A stretch of 64,000 bases of DNA, taken from assembly GCA_965203515.1 (NCBI GenBank), contig OZ241907.1:3648001-3712000 (forward strand), written 5' to 3'. Shown here piece after piece: positions 13,401 to 21,506 of the stretch; position 1 is the stretch's first letter; the number at the start of each line of letters is the position of its first letter. The position numbers were made by a program, and so were the translations under genes. The notes under the pieces were generated by a model. The model was not told the DNA's origin. It saw only the letters and a list, made by a program, of their open reading frames with translations, and ran no database searches. This DNA is from Spirochaetia bacterium. Its GTDB lineage: Bacteria; Spirochaetota; Spirochaetia; SZUA-6; Bin103.

Positions 13401-15960
13401 GAGCATCGCCGCCGGAGCGACCAGCAGCACCGGAACGGTGACGGTGACGGCGGTGGACAACACGACGGACGCGCCGGACAAGGAAGTGACGGTAACGGCG
13501 GCGGTAAGCGGGGACAGCGGAATAGCGGCGCCGGCGAGCGTGACGCTGACGATCGAGGACGACGAAGCGGCGCCTGGGGTGACGTTGGCGGTGGCGGATT
13601 CGTCGATCGCGGAGAACGGAGGATCGACGACGGTCACGGCGACGCTCTCCCACCCGTCGAGCGCCGCGACGACGATCACGGTACAACCGGTGTCGGGTGC
13701 CTACACCGTGGGGTCGGACGCGACGATCACGATCGGGGCGGGAGAGACGTCGAACGCGGCGGACACGGCGACGATCACGGCGGTGAACGACGCGATCGAC
13801 AACGCGGGCAACCGCACGGCGACAGTGAGCGGGACGGCGCAGAACAGCCAGGGCGTGGGAACGGTGACGGGAGCGAGCCTCACCCTCACCGACGACGAGG
13901 GAACGCCGACCGCGACGCTGGCGCTGAGCCCCGAGACGATCGACGAGCACGACGGGACGAATCCGGGGAAGGCGACGGTGACGGCGACGTTGAACCGAGC
14001 GTCGAGCGAGGCGGTGACGCTGACGGTGGCTGCGGCGGCCGGGACGAACGCAGCGGCGGGCGACTTCAGCCTGTCGAGCACGAAGACGCTGAGCATCGCC
14101 GCCGGAGCGACCAGCAGCACCGGTACGGTGACGGTGACGGCGGTCGATGACACGGTCGACGCGCCGGACAAGGAAGTGACGGTCACGGCGACGGTGAACG
14201 GGGACAGCGGGATAGCGGCCCCCGCGGCGCAGACGCTGACGATCGAAGACGACGAAGCGGCGCCTGGGGTGACGCTGGCGGTGGCCGACAGCGCCATCGC
14301 CGAGAACGGCGGGTCCACCACGGTGACGGCGACGCTGAGCCACCCGTCGAGCGCCGCGACGACGATCACGGTACAGCCGGTGACGGGCGCCTACACCGTG
14401 GGGTCGGACGTGACGATCACGATACCGGCCGGGGCGACGTCGAAGGCGGCGGACACGGCGACGATCACGGCGGTGAACGACGCGATCGACAACGTGGGCA
14501 ACCGCACGGTGACGGTGAGCGGGACGGCGCAGAACAGCCAGGGCGTGGGGACGGTGACGGGAGCGAGCCTGACCCTCACCGACGACGAAGCGACGCCGAC
14601 GGCGACGCTGGCGCTGAGCGCTGAGACGATCGACGAGCACGACGGAACGAATCCCGGGAAGACGACGGTGACGGCGAGCCTGAACCGAGCGTCGAGCGAG
14701 GCGGTGACGCTGACGGTGGCCGCGGCGGCGGGGACGAACGCGGCCGCAGGCGACTTCAGCCTGTCGAGCACGAAGACGCTGAGCATCGCCGCCGGAGCGA
14801 CCAGCAGCACCGGTACGGTGACGGTGACGGCGGTCGACGACACGGTCGACGCGCCGGACAAGGAAGTGACGGTGACGGCGACGGTGAGCGGGGACAGCGG
14901 GATAGCGGCGCCGGCGAGCGTGACGCTGACGATCGAGGACGACGAAGCGGCGCCGGGGGTGACGCTGGCGGTGGCCGACAGCGCGATCGACGAGAACGGC
15001 GGCACGACGACGGTGACCGCCACGCTGAGCCACGCATCGAGCGCGGCGACCACCATCACGGTGACCGCGGCAGACGGCGCCTACACGGTGGGGTCGGACG
15101 CGACGATCACGATACCGGCCGGGGCGACGTCGAAGGCGGCGGACACGGCGACGATCACGGCGGTGGACGACGCGATCGACAACACGGTCAACCGGACGGC
15201 GACGGTGAGCGGGACGGCGCAGAACGGCCAGGGCGTGGGGACGGTGACCGGAGCGAGTCTCACCCTCACCGACGACGAGGGAGCGCCGACCGCGACGCTG
15301 GCGCTGAGTGCCGAGACGATAGTCGAACACGACGGGACGAATCCTGGGAAGGCGACGGTGACGGCGAGCCTGAACCGGGCGTCGAGCGAGGCGGTGACGC
15401 TGACGGTGGCCGCAGCGGCCGGGACGAACGCGGCGGCGGGCGACTTCACGCTGTCGAGCACGAAGACGCTGAGCATCGCGGCGGGAGCGACGACGAGCAC
15501 CGGAACGGTGACGGTGACGGCGGTGGACGACACGGTCGACGCCCCGGACAAGGAAGTGACGGTAACGGCGGCGGTGAGCGGCGACAGCGGGATAGCGGCG
15601 CCTGCGAGCGTGACGCTGACGATCGAGGACGACGAGGCGGCGCCGGGGGTGACGTTGGCGGTGGCCGACAGTGCGATCGCCGAGAACGGCGGCACGACGA
15701 CGGTGACCGCCACGCTCAGCCATGCGTCGAGCGCGGCGACGACGATCACGGTGACAGCGGTAGACGGGGCCTACACGGTGGGGACCGACGCGACGATCGA
15801 GATCGCGGCAGGAGAGACGGCGAACGCTGCGGACACGGCGGGGATCACGGCGGTGGCCGACGCGGAAAGCACCGGCGACCGCACGGTGACGGTGACCGGA
15901 ACGGCGCAGAACAGCCAGGGCGCGGGGGAGGTGACCGGAGCGGAGCTGACCCTCCGCGAC
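421..15960 (+). repeat. Coding tandem repeat array, 690-bp (230-aa) unit made of module A (~110 aa) and module B (~120 aa); about 24 A and 21 B modules
   Basis: The AAPGVTLAVADS motif recurs at ~1141, 1831, 2521, 3211, 3901, 4576, 5266, 5620, 6310, 7000, 7690, 8047, then every 690 bp to ~15637. Modules end in LTDDE/TIEDDE acidic motifs. Confidence 0.95.
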
Positions 15961-18483
15961 GGCGGCGGTGGCGGGGTGGCGGCGTTGGCGCTGAGCGGCG
16001 CGGTGGCGGACCAGGAGTGGATTGAGGGGCAGGCGATCACGCCGTTGACGCTGCCGGCAGCGACCGGCGGCGACGGAGCGGTGAGCTATGCGTTGAGGCC
16101 GGAGCTGCCGGGCGGCGTGAGCCGGGACGCAGCCAGCCGGGAGGTGACCGGGACGCCGGAGGCGGCCCAGGCGGAGACCGAATACACCTGGACGGCGACC
16201 GACGGCGGCGGCGCGACGGCGGAGGTGACGTTCACCATCGAGGTGCTTGCCGGCGCGGTCCGGGACGAGCCGCCGGTGGGGTCATCGGCGCCGGCGTCGG
16301 GTCTGGTGCCGCCGGCGGCCGGGGTGGTGAAGGTGACGATCGGGGACGCGTCGATCATGGAAGGCGACGGGCGGCGGGTCGATGCGGAGTTCACGGTGAA
16401 GCTGGACCGGGCGAGCGCGGCGCCGGTCACGGTGGGGTATGAGACCCGTGACGACACGGCGACTGCGGGGGCCGACTACGCGCAGCGGGCGGGAACGGTG
16501 ACGTTCGCGCCGGGGGAGACGGAACGGACGATAGCGGTGACGGTGCTGCCGGACATGACGGTGGAGGCGAACGAGGAGTTCCTGGTGACGCTGGCCGAGC
16601 CGGAGGCAGCGGTGCTGGAACGGGGGATGGCGCGGGGGACGATCGGGGACAACGACGTGGCGTTGCTGGCGATCGGCGACACGCAGGTGAAGGAAGGGGA
16701 TCGTGGCCGATCGGCGGCGTGGTTCGAGGTGCGGATGATCTCGAAGACGGAGCGGCCGGTGATGCTGCGGTACACGACGAAGGACGGGACGGCGCGAGCG
16801 GGGGAGGACTACGAGGCGGCGAGCGAGATGCTGGTGTTCGCGCCGGGAGAGGCGGCGAAGCGGGTATCGGTGGCGGTGCTGGGAGACACGGAGCCGGAGG
16901 CGGACGAGACGTTTGGGGTGACGTTGCAAGCCGCCGAGCAGCGTGCTGGGAGTGGAGGACTGGCGGCCGAGGGGGTGATCGAAGACGACGACCAGGATCG
17001 GATGCGGCGAGCGTTGCGGCGCGCGCACGCGGAGTTTGCGCGGGTGGTGGCGACCGACGCGGTGGCGGTGATCGGGGGTCGTCTGCGGGACAGCGCGGCG
17101 GGGGCGGGGTCGCAGGTGACGCTGCACGGGCAGAGGTTGGCGTTGGCGGAGCTGACGGGAGCGGCGCCAGAGCAGCGGTGGGCTGCGGCGGAGCCGGAGG
17201 CGGCGGAGTACCGGCAGGTGTCGTTCGGGGAGTTGCTGTCGCAGAGTTCGATCGACCTGCGATCGAACGATCTGAGCGGCGGCGCGCCTGCCGGGGATGC
17301 GGGAGCCGAGGGAGCGGGAGACGGCGGCGGATTGGAGTGGAGCATCTGGGGGACGGGAACGCTTGGGGGGTATTCGGGAGCGGGCGAGGTCAGCGGCGGG
17401 GCTGGAGCGAGGTGGGACGGAACGGTGCCTGGGGGCTACGTGGGGGCGGACCTGCGGGTGGCGCCGCCGCTGGTGGTGGGGCTGGCGGTGTCGCACCACG
17501 TGGGGACGATGAGCTATGAGGAGAGCGGCGACGGGGACGGAGGAGCGGCGTTCGAGGCGCAGTTGGGGACCGGGATGACGAGCGTGCTGCCGTACGTGCT
17601 GGTGGAGCCGCTGGCGGGGCTGGAGCTGTGGGGGATCGTCGGGGCTGGTCTGGGCGGCAGCGGGGTGAGTTGGGAGCGTCAGCGGCTGGAAACGAGCAAC
17701 CTGCTGTGGTTGGGAGCGGCCGGGGCGCGCTACACGGCGTGGACGATGGCGGGGCTGGACCTGTCGGTGGGGACCGACGGGTACTATGCGTCGCTGGGAG
17801 CGGAATCCGGGCAGGCGCCGTGGCTGACGAAGGACTTGGCGGCGGTGACGGTGGGGCGGGTGCGGGTGCTGGCGGACACGCGGTACGACTGGCAGGTGGG
17901 TGAGGAGTCGATGCTTGGGGTGAAGCTGGAGGTGGGCGGACGCTGGGACGCGGGTGACGCGGCGAGCGGGTTTGGAGCGGAGGTGGGCGGCGGAGCGGAG
18001 TACCGGCATACGGGGATCGGGCTTGGAGTGGAGGCGAGCGGGCGGTATCTGGTGGCGCACGAAGACGTGGAGTTTCGGGACTGGGGAGCGAGAGCGGCGG
18101 TGACGTTCGATCCCGGCGTGCCGGGCCGGGGGGCGGCGGTGCGGGTGCAGCCGGTGTGGGGAGCGGCGAGCAGCCAGGCGGCGAGCGTATGGAGCGGAGC
18201 GGGGCTGTTGACCGGCGGCGGTGTGGAGGAGCGAGCGGAAGCCGGTCTGCGGCCGGACCGACTCGATGCGGAGGTGAGCTACGGGATCGAGACGGCCGGC
18301 GGTGCGGGTCTGGTGACGGTGTACGGGGGTCTGACGCAGGCGCTGACCGACAGCGCGGTCTACCGGGTGGGGAGCCGTCTGGAGGTGGGCGGGCTGAACG
18401 TCGACCTGTCGCTGGACCAGCAGGAACGGCCCGGCGCTGCGCCGGCCTACGGCCTCGAAATCGCCGGTACCCTCCACTGGTAA
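4444..18483 (+). CDS. Giant repetitive adhesin/autotransporter, main and C-terminal segment (tandem repeats, putative Ig domain, two Calx-beta domains, outer-membrane beta-barrel)
   Basis: 4679-aa ORF. Repeats run to ~15960, then an Ig-like domain (DQEWIEGQAITPLTLPAATGGDG..YALRPELPGG), two Calx-beta domains (VTIGDASIMEGD..DYAQRAGTVTFAPGETE..; ..DYEAASEMLVFAPGE..IEDDD), and a Gly/aromatic-rich beta-strand region ending in terminal Trp. Confidence 0.85.
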   Translation: MTVTAVDNTADAPDKEVTVTAAVSGDSGIADPASVTLTIEDDEAAPGVTLAVADSAIAENGGTTTVTATLSHASSVATTITVQPVTGAYTVGSDATIEIGAGETANAADTVTITAVNDDVDNVGNRTVTVTGTAQNSQGAGTVTGASLTLTDDEATPTATLVLSAETIDEHDGTNPGKATVTATLNRASSEAVTLTVAAAAGTNAAVGDFSLSGTKTLSIAAGATSSTGTVTVTAVDNTTDAPDKEVTVTAAVSGDSGIAAPASVTLTIEDDEAAPGVTLALADSAINENGGTTTVTATLSHASSATTTITVTAVTGAYTVGSDATITIAAGETANAADSVTITAENDAINNVGGPTVTVGGTAKNSHGVGTVTGARLALTGTMVLDRETGGAAPGVTLAVADSAIAENGGTTTVTATLSHASSAVTTVTVTAVDGSYMVGDDVTITIGAGETANTADTATITAVNDDVDNVGDRSVTVSGTAQNSQGVGTVTGASLTLTDDEATPTVTLALSAETIDEHDGANPGKATVTATLNRASSEAVTLTVAAAAGTNAAAGDFSLSSTKTLSIAAGATSSTGTVTVTVVDDTIDAPDKEVTVTAAVSGDSGIAAPAAKTLTIEDDEAAPGVTLAVADSSVAEDGGTTTVTATLSHASSAATTITVQPVSGAYTVGEAATIEIAAGETANASDTVTIAAVDDDVDNVGDRSVTVSGTAQNGQGVGTVTGASLTLTDDEATPTATLALSAETIDEHDGSVTGSATVTASLNRASSEAVTLTVTAAAGTNAVAGDFSLSSTKTLSIAAGATSSTGTVTVTAVDDTTDAPDKEVTVTAAVSGNSGIAAPASVTLTIEDDEAAPGVTLAVADSAIAENGGTTTVTATLSHASSAATTITVQPVTGAYTVGEDATITIAAGETANTADSVTITAVNDDVDNVGNRSVTVSGTAQNGQGVGTVTGAALTLTDDEATPTATLALSAETIDEHDGTNPGKTTVTASLNRASSEAVTLTVAAAAGTNAAAGDFSLSSTKTLSIAAGATSSTGTVTVTAVDDTVDAPDKEVTVTAAVSGDSGIAAPAAQTLTIEDDEAAPGVTLALAASAINENGGTTTVTATLSHASSAATTITVQPVTGAYTVGTDATIEIAAGETANAADSVTITAENDAINNVGGQPVTVGGTAQNSHGVGTVTGASLTFKGRLVLNRETGEAAPGVTLAVADSSIAENGGTTTVTATLSHASSAATTITVTAVDGAYTVGTDATIEIGAGETANATDSVTITAENDAIDNVGDRSVTVSGTAQNSQGVGTVTGASLTLTDDEATPTVTLALSAETIDEHDGTNPGKTTVTASLNRASSEAVTLTVAAAAGTNAVAGDFSLSSTKTLSIAAGATTSTGTVTVTAVDNTADAPDKEVTVTAAVSGDSGVAAPASVTLTIEDDEAAPGVTLAVADSAIAENGGTTAVTATLSHASSAATTITVQPVSGAYTVGDDATIEIGAGETANAADSVTITAVNDAIDNVGNRTVTVSGTAQNSQGVGTVTGAALTLTDDEATPTATLALSAETIDEHDGTNPGKATVTASLNRASSEAVTLTVAAAAGTNAAAGDFSLSSTTTLTVAAGATSSTGTVTVTAVDNTTDAPDKEVTVTAAVSGDSGVAAPASVTLTIEDDEAAPGVTLAVADSAIAENGGTTAVTATLSHASSAATTITVQPVSGAYTVGDDATIEIGAGETANAADSVTITAVNDAIDNVGNRTVTVSGTAQNSQGVGTVTGAALTLTDDEATPTATLALSAETIDEHDGSVAGSATVTASLNRASSEAVTLTVAAAAGTNAAAGDFTLSSTKTLSIAAGATSSTGTVTVTAVDDTTDAPDKEVTVTAAVSGDSGIAAPASVTLTIEDDEAAPGVTLAVTDSAIAENGGSTTVTATLSHASSAATTITVTAVTGAYTVGTDATIEIGAGETSNAADTVTVTAVNDDVDNVGDRSVTVSGTAQNSQGAGSVTGAALTLTDDEATPTATLALSAETIDEHDGTNPGKATVTASLNRASSEAVTLTVAAAAGTNAAAGDFTLSSVTTLSIAAGATSSTGTVTVTAVDNTTDAPDKEVTVTAAVSGDSGIAAPAAKTLTIEDDEAAPGVTLAVADSAIAENGGTTTVTATLSHASSAATTITVQPVTGAYTVGEDATITIPAGATSKAADTATITAVNDDVDNVGNRTVTVSGTAQNGQGVGTVTGAALTLTDDEVTPTATLALSAETIDEHDGTNPGKTTVTATLNRASSEAVTLTVAAAAGTNAAAGDFSLSSTKTLSIAAGATTSTGTVTVTAVDNTTDAPDKEVTVTAAVSGDSGIAAPAAKTLTIEDDEAAPGVTLALADSAIDENGGSTTVTATLSHASSAATTITVQPVTGAYTVGSDATIEIAAGETANAADSVTITAVNDAIDNVGNRTATVSGTAQNSQGVGTVTGAALTLTDDEATPTVTLALSAETIDEHDGANPGKATVTASLNRASSEAVTLTVAAAAGTNAAAGDFSLSSTKTLSIAAGATSSTGTVTVTAVDNTTDAPDKEVTVSATVSGDSGIAAPASVTLTIEDDEAAPGVTLAVADSAIAENGGSTTVTATLSHASSAATTITVQPVSGAYTVGSDATITIAAGATANTADTATITAVNDDVDNVGNRTVTVSGTAQNSQGVGTVTGASLTLTDDEAMPTATLALSPETIDEHDGTNPGKATVTASLNRASSEAVTLTVAAAAGTNAAAGDFTLSSTKTLSIAAGATSSTGTVMVTAVDNTTDAPDKEVTVTAAVSGDSGIAAPASVTLTIEDDEAAPGVTLALADSAIDENGGSTTVTATLSHASSAATTITVQPVSGAYTAGSDATITIAAGATSNSADTATITAVNDDVDNVGNRTATVSGTAQNSQGVGTVTGASLTLTDDEGAPTATLALSPETIDEHDGTNPGKATVTATLNRASSEAVTLTVAAAAGTNAAAGDFTLSSAKTLSIAAGATSSTGTVTVTAVDNTTDAPDKEVTVTAAVSGDSGIAAPASVTLTIEDDEAAPGVTLAVADSSIAENGGSTTVTATLSHPSSAATTITVQPVSGAYTVGSDATITIGAGETSNAADTATITAVNDAIDNAGNRTATVSGTAQNSQGVGTVTGASLTLTDDEGTPTATLALSPETIDEHDGTNPGKATVTATLNRASSEAVTLTVAAAAGTNAAAGDFSLSSTKTLSIAAGATSSTGTVTVTAVDDTVDAPDKEVTVTATVNGDSGIAAPAAQTLTIEDDEAAPGVTLAVADSAIAENGGSTTVTATLSHPSSAATTITVQPVTGAYTVGSDVTITIPAGATSKAADTATITAVNDAIDNVGNRTVTVSGTAQNSQGVGTVTGASLTLTDDEATPTATLALSAETIDEHDGTNPGKTTVTASLNRASSEAVTLTVAAAAGTNAAAGDFSLSSTKTLSIAAGATSSTGTVTVTAVDDTVDAPDKEVTVTATVSGDSGIAAPASVTLTIEDDEAAPGVTLAVADSAIDENGGTTTVTATLSHASSAATTITVTAADGAYTVGSDATITIPAGATSKAADTATITAVDDAIDNTVNRTATVSGTAQNGQGVGTVTGASLTLTDDEGAPTATLALSAETIVEHDGTNPGKATVTASLNRASSEAVTLTVAAAAGTNAAAGDFTLSSTKTLSIAAGATTSTGTVTVTAVDDTVDAPDKEVTVTAAVSGDSGIAAPASVTLTIEDDEAAPGVTLAVADSAIAENGGTTTVTATLSHASSAATTITVTAVDGAYTVGTDATIEIAAGETANAADTAGITAVADAESTGDRTVTVTGTAQNSQGAGEVTGAELTLRDGGGGGVAALALSGAVADQEWIEGQAITPLTLPAATGGDGAVSYALRPELPGGVSRDAASREVTGTPEAAQAETEYTWTATDGGGATAEVTFTIEVLAGAVRDEPPVGSSAPASGLVPPAAGVVKVTIGDASIMEGDGRRVDAEFTVKLDRASAAPVTVGYETRDDTATAGADYAQRAGTVTFAPGETERTIAVTVLPDMTVEANEEFLVTLAEPEAAVLERGMARGTIGDNDVALLAIGDTQVKEGDRGRSAAWFEVRMISKTERPVMLRYTTKDGTARAGEDYEAASEMLVFAPGEAAKRVSVAVLGDTEPEADETFGVTLQAAEQRAGSGGLAAEGVIEDDDQDRMRRALRRAHAEFARVVATDAVAVIGGRLRDSAAGAGSQVTLHGQRLALAELTGAAPEQRWAAAEPEAAEYRQVSFGELLSQSSIDLRSNDLSGGAPAGDAGAEGAGDGGGLEWSIWGTGTLGGYSGAGEVSGGAGARWDGTVPGGYVGADLRVAPPLVVGLAVSHHVGTMSYEESGDGDGGAAFEAQLGTGMTSVLPYVLVEPLAGLELWGIVGAGLGGSGVSWERQRLETSNLLWLGAAGARYTAWTMAGLDLSVGTDGYYASLGAESGQAPWLTKDLAAVTVGRVRVLADTRYDWQVGEESMLGVKLEVGGRWDAGDAASGFGAEVGGGAEYRHTGIGLGVEASGRYLVAHEDVEFRDWGARAAVTFDPGVPGRGAAVRVQPVWGAASSQAASVWSGAGLLTGGGVEERAEAGLRPDRLDAEVSYGIETAGGAGLVTVYGGLTQALTDSAVYRVGSRLEVGGLNVDLSLDQQERPGAAPAYGLEIAGTLHW

Positions 18484-18486
18484 GAT
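18478..18486 (+). promoter_or_regulatory. Putative extended -10 promoter (TGgTAAGAT) for the ATPase-TOPRIM gene
   Basis: TGnTAnnnT overlaps the adhesin stop codon, 9 nt before GTG 18496; no Shine-Dalgarno is present. Confidence 0.4.
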
Positions 18487-18495
18487 CACCGACCG

Positions 18496-20049
18496 GTGAT
18501 CGAACGGCGCTTCAGCGACCTCTGGGGGCAGTTGCAGGGCAAGAAGCCGCATCTGCCGCACTTCCTGGCGGAGATACGTCTGCAGGGTATCCGCGGGATC
18601 GACGACCTGCGCGTGGTGCTGGACTATCCGGTAAGCGTGATCGCCGGCGGCAACGCCAGCGGCAAGTCGACCGTGCTGTTCGCGGCGGCGTGCGCCTACC
18701 GGGTGCCGGGCGCCGGAGTCAGGGACTTCGCGCCGTCCACGCTGTTTCCCGACTACCGCCCCCGATACGGCGGACGCGAGGACGAGAAGCGCGCGGTCAC
18801 CATCGAGTTCGACTACGCCACCCCGGACGGCCGGCGCTCCATGCGCTGGCGGCGCGCCAAAGGCTGGAACCGCAGCTTTCTGGGGCGCAAGAACGCCAGC
18901 CAGCCGGAGCGTCCGGTCTACCTGCGGACGCTCAGCAACCTCAGCAACCCGTCGGAGGCGCGCGGTGTGCTCAGCATGTCGCAGCGGAGCTCGCCGGCGC
19001 AGGAGAGGCCGCTGACCGCCTCGCAGATCGAGTTCGCGCAACAGCTTCTGCCGTTCCGCTACGCCGAGGTGGTCGATCTGTCCAGCGGCAACAAGAACCT
19101 GCTGTTTGCCGCCCAGGAGCGCGGCCCGGCCTATTCGGAGCTGCGCATGGCCGCCGGCGAGCGCGCCATCCTGCGGTTGGCGCAGGAGATCGCGCAGCGC
19201 AGCGGGGTGCTGGTGTTGATCGACGAAGTGGAGGCCGGGCTGCACCCCTGGGTCCAGCAACTGCTGATGCTGCAGTTGCAACAGCTCGCGCTGCGCAACG
19301 ACCTGCAGATCATCGTCACCACCCACAGCCCGGTGGTGCTGGACTCGGTGCCGGCCAACGGGCGCATCTTCCTGGACCGCGGCGAGAGCGGGCGGGTAAC
19401 GGTGCAGCAGGCGCACGTCGACGTGGTGCAGGACGCGCTGTACGGCCGCTCGCGGGAGGTGCTCAACCTGCTGTGCGAGGACGACGCGGCGCAGGCGGTG
19501 GTGCAGGGGGTGCTGGATCACGTGGTGCCGAAACGGCGCATCAGAGGGGATTCGGTGCGCATCGGCCGCGATACGGGAGCCGACGAGTTTCCCGCGCACG
19601 CCGCGGCGTTCCGCAAGTTCGGGCAGATCACCAACTTCGTCTTCATCCTCGACGGCGATCAGCGCGACAGCGGCATCGACGAGCGGATCCGGGAGCAGGC
19701 CGGGCGCGCGGTGCCGGCCCTGTTCCTGCCCGGCCGCGAGGCGCCGGAGGCGTGGGTATGGGAACGGCTGCGGCAGGCCGCCGGGCCGATGGCCGTCGGG
19801 CTGAGCGTCGATCCGGGGGAGCTGTCCAGCCGGCTGGACCGGCTCGACGCGGTGTACGACACCGCCTCCGACCGGCCTGCGGCGATCGCCAAGGCGAAGC
19901 TGCGCGGCCTGGGCGAGGTCCTGCGCCGGGAGGCTGCGGACATCTGCCGCACCGTCGCCCGGCTGGAAGCGGAACGTCCCGAAAGCGACCTGCAGCCGTT
20001 CGCCGAGGGGCTTGAGACCGTGCTCCTGCAATGGCGCGCCGGACAATAG
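18496..20049 (+). CDS. ABC-type (AAA_15/AAA_21-like) ATPase fused to a C-terminal TOPRIM-like domain; OLD/GajA/PARIS-like putative defence nuclease
   Basis: Walker A GGNASGKST, signature-like MAAGE, Walker B VLIDEVE, H-loop TTHS, then TOPRIM-type LCED and ILDGD motifs. Confidence 0.8.
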   Translation: MIERRFSDLWGQLQGKKPHLPHFLAEIRLQGIRGIDDLRVVLDYPVSVIAGGNASGKSTVLFAAACAYRVPGAGVRDFAPSTLFPDYRPRYGGREDEKRAVTIEFDYATPDGRRSMRWRRAKGWNRSFLGRKNASQPERPVYLRTLSNLSNPSEARGVLSMSQRSSPAQERPLTASQIEFAQQLLPFRYAEVVDLSSGNKNLLFAAQERGPAYSELRMAAGERAILRLAQEIAQRSGVLVLIDEVEAGLHPWVQQLLMLQLQQLALRNDLQIIVTTHSPVVLDSVPANGRIFLDRGESGRVTVQQAHVDVVQDALYGRSREVLNLLCEDDAAQAVVQGVLDHVVPKRRIRGDSVRIGRDTGADEFPAHAAAFRKFGQITNFVFILDGDQRDSGIDERIREQAGRAVPALFLPGREAPEAWVWERLRQAAGPMAVGLSVDPGELSSRLDRLDAVYDTASDRPAAIAKAKLRGLGEVLRREAADICRTVARLEAERPESDLQPFAEGLETVLLQWRAGQ

Positions 20050-20071
20050 GGTAAAGCGGAGGCGAGTCACC

Positions 20072-21460
20072 ATGGACGCGAACGCGGCGGCGGACGGCCT
20101 GATCGGGCGCGTGCTGCGCTCGCCCGCGGCGCGGCTGCTGGGCCTCGGCGTCCTGGCGCTGGCGCTGCAGGCCCCGGTGCTCTACGTCGGCGATCTGGTG
20201 CGCGAACGGCAGGGTACGCGCGACGCCGCGGTGGCGGAGATGGCCGCGGCCTGGGGCGGCGCGCAGCGGCTGGCCGGGCCGTTTCTGCTGGTACCCTACC
20301 GCACGCCGGCGGAGCGGGACGGCGCCCGGCAGGGGGAGGCGGCGGCCACCTTCCTGCCGGTCGATCTGCGGGTGACCGCCGACCTGAAGACCGAGCGCCT
20401 GCGGCGCGGGTTGTTCCAGGCGCCGGTCTACCGGTCGATCGTCGAGCTGTCCGGGAGGTTCGAGCCGCCGGACTTCCGGCAGTGGGCGGTGGCCGCCGAT
20501 CAGGTGCTCGGCGAGCGCGCCGAACTGGTATTCGAGGTATCCGACGTGCGGACGATTCAGACCGGCGCGCGCCTGCGGTGGGAGGGCGGCGATCTGGAAT
20601 GGCGGCCGGGTACCGGGCTGCGCGGCGACGGCCGGCCCGGCATACACGCGCGGCTGCCCGAGCTGGCGGCGGACGCGCCGGCCGAAGGCGCGCCGGCGGA
20701 TGGCGCCGGCGCCTGGACGTTCCGGGCAACGCTGGAGCTGGCGGGCAGCGCCGGCCTGCGGATGGCGCCGGCGGCCGCGGCGACCGCCGTGGAGATCACC
20801 GGCGACTGGCCTGACCCGAGCTTTCAAGGGGCCTGGCTGCCGGCGGAGCGCGAGCTCCGCGACGGCGGCTTCAGCGCCTCGTGGCGCATCTCCCATCTCG
20901 GCCGCGGCTTCCCGCAAAGCTGGCGGGCCGGCGCCTACGGCGAGCAGATCGACGCGGCCATGGTCGGCGTCGACCTGCTGACGCCGGTCGATCCCTACCG
21001 GCAGGCGGTGCGCAGCCTCAAGTACTCGCTGCTGTTCCTGGCGCTGACCTTCGGTACGGCGTGGCTGTTCGAGGTGCTGGGCGGCGCCCGGCTGCACCTG
21101 ATCCACTACGCGCTGATCGGCGCCGCCATGTGCCTGTTCTACCTGCTTGAGTTGGCGCTCAGCGAGCACCTGGGGTTTCCCGCGGCCTATGCGATCGCCG
21201 CCGCTCTGGTAGTCGTCACCAACGGGGCGTACGCCCGGCCGCTGCTGTCGACGGGCCGGGCGGCGCTCCTGGCGGGCGTGCTCGGCGTGCTGTACGCCGG
21301 CATGTACGCGCTGCTGCAGCTCGACGACTACGCCCTGCTGGCCGGCGCGGGCGCGCTGTTTCTCATCCTGGCCGCGGTCATGTACGCCACGCGCCGCGTC
21401 GATTGGCATGCCGCCGACTTCATACGACCGAGCCACACCACGAAAATACCAGATAAGTAA
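20072..21460 (+). CDS. creD: Inner membrane protein CreD
   Basis: GGAGG RBS. CreD motifs WGGAQRLAGPFLLVPY, WPDPSFQG, GFSASW, VDPYRQ..RSLKY, HLIHYALIG, LALSEHLGF, MYATRRVDW. Confidence 0.92.
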   Translation: MDANAAADGLIGRVLRSPAARLLGLGVLALALQAPVLYVGDLVRERQGTRDAAVAEMAAAWGGAQRLAGPFLLVPYRTPAERDGARQGEAAATFLPVDLRVTADLKTERLRRGLFQAPVYRSIVELSGRFEPPDFRQWAVAADQVLGERAELVFEVSDVRTIQTGARLRWEGGDLEWRPGTGLRGDGRPGIHARLPELAADAPAEGAPADGAGAWTFRATLELAGSAGLRMAPAAAATAVEITGDWPDPSFQGAWLPAERELRDGGFSASWRISHLGRGFPQSWRAGAYGEQIDAAMVGVDLLTPVDPYRQAVRSLKYSLLFLALTFGTAWLFEVLGGARLHLIHYALIGAAMCLFYLLELALSEHLGFPAAYAIAAALVVVTNGAYARPLLSTGRAALLAGVLGVLYAGMYALLQLDDYALLAGAGALFLILAAVMYATRRVDWHAADFIRPSHTTKIPDK

Positions 21461-21506
21461 CTTTTTCCAACGTCCGCATTGACGCCGGAATCGACCGGCG
21501 CCGATA

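Noticed and set aside
421..15960. Possible CRISPR or non-coding repeat array
   Set aside because: Units are 690 bp, in frame, vary mostly at synonymous sites and have no unique spacers.
207..16040. Many minus-strand ORFs (1267 aa, serial 222 aa, Arg-rich 400-900 aa) over the adhesin
   Set aside because: Antisense shadows of a GC-rich repetitive gene; they recur at the 690-bp period and have no domain signal.
16282..20073. 1263-aa minus-strand ORF
   Set aside because: Shadow of the adhesin C-terminus and the ATPase-TOPRIM gene; Arg/His/Pro-rich with no motifs.
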